A stretch of 63,518 bases of DNA, the filler included, from Squatina squatina (taxonomy: Eukaryota), in assembly GCA_031763465.1 (NCBI GenBank). It is 3 parts of 3 records of this genome, joined end to end, with 100 filler letters (N's around TTAATTAATTAA, not from the genome) between each part and the next. Parts side by side here need not be neighbours in the genome. Positions count along the whole stretch, not along the records: positions 40,118 to 63,518 come from JARFOE010000004.1; 2 more parts are not named here. The stretch is one strand, 5' to 3'. Shown piece after piece: positions 63,001 through 63,518 of this stretch. Position 1 is the first letter of the stretch; every line of letters begins with the position of its first letter. The notes under the pieces are model-generated. The model had not been told where the DNA came from, did not search any database, and worked only from the letters and a program-made list of their open reading frames with translations. Position numbers and translations under genes: made by a program.

Positions 63001-63518
63001 CACTGAGGCAGATCCGATCACAGCACAGTTCTGGCAAGCCCTCCATTGCTCCATAGCTGCAGATTTGTGCTGGATTCATAATATTATCAGACAGCTGATG
63101 TTGCTTAATGAAAAGTCTGATTATTGCCAACTCTTGCTGCTGCCCTCCAAAGCAATTCTTTTTTGTGATTACATATTACAAGAATCCCCCCTACATGCCC
63201 CTTCCATTATTATTGGCGCAGTACGTTGCGGACAGCATTTTGCTTTTAAGTTATTAACGCCGCCTCTTGTCCATAGAAAGAGATGGGAAGGTAGCATTGC
63301 ATGCCTGTCTCTGACTGCACAACAGAGCAAGGTTACTCGCCCACATTCTGTCAAGGGCAGATTCACAACCAGTGTCTTGCTTAGTCAGCTGCCAAGTGGA
63401 CGGCAAGCACTTTACGGTTCCATTTTAATACTGTCATTTTAATTGTTTTATTGAAACTGGGTAACAGTGCCTCATAATGGGCCTCCCTTTGTATTCTTTT
63501 GCTGGAAAGCAGATAGGA

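Noticed and set aside
62972-63442. 156-aa ORF containing SDYCQLL..CDYIL, reminiscent of a missing NT5DC1 exon
   Set aside because: Wrong position (downstream of later exons), no splice sites or wider similarity, and it overlaps the CR1 5' end; likely chance.

Overview
Vertebrate genomic DNA, not prokaryotic. It is almost certainly a cartilaginous fish (shark-like), inferred from the repeat content (CR1 and L2 LINEs, DeuSINE-, LF-SINE- and MetaSINE-like SINEs, Penelope ends, Harbinger remnants) and the genes. The assembly is highly fragmented: short contigs joined mostly by 100-N gaps. Two artificial N44-TTAATTAATTAA-N44 linkers (19057-19068, 40062-40073) split the window into three unrelated blocks. 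Block 1 (1-19012) holds single isolated exons of DNAH14, BIN2 (exon 1 plus a haematopoietic-type promoter) and GLE1 among TE debris; their adjacency is probably artefactual. Block 2 (19113-40017) holds most of YWHAZ (14-3-3 zeta; 4 of 5 coding exons, conserved 3'UTR, polyA signal) followed by PABPC1 exon 1. Block 3 (40118-63518) holds a divergent collagen X (col10a1) gene on the minus strand, lying antisense and upstream of two NT5DC1 exons. I cannot demonstrate a new biological system. The best non-obvious signals are a minimal hammerhead ribozyme in Penelope-type ends, a divergent col10a1 paralogue, a multi-hairpin Harbinger-like MITE family present in all three blocks, a 50-bp in-frame insertion with a 13-bp target-site duplication, and several candidate regulatory clusters. 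Gene and repeat names come from recognising the sequences, not from a database search. TE boundaries are approximate.
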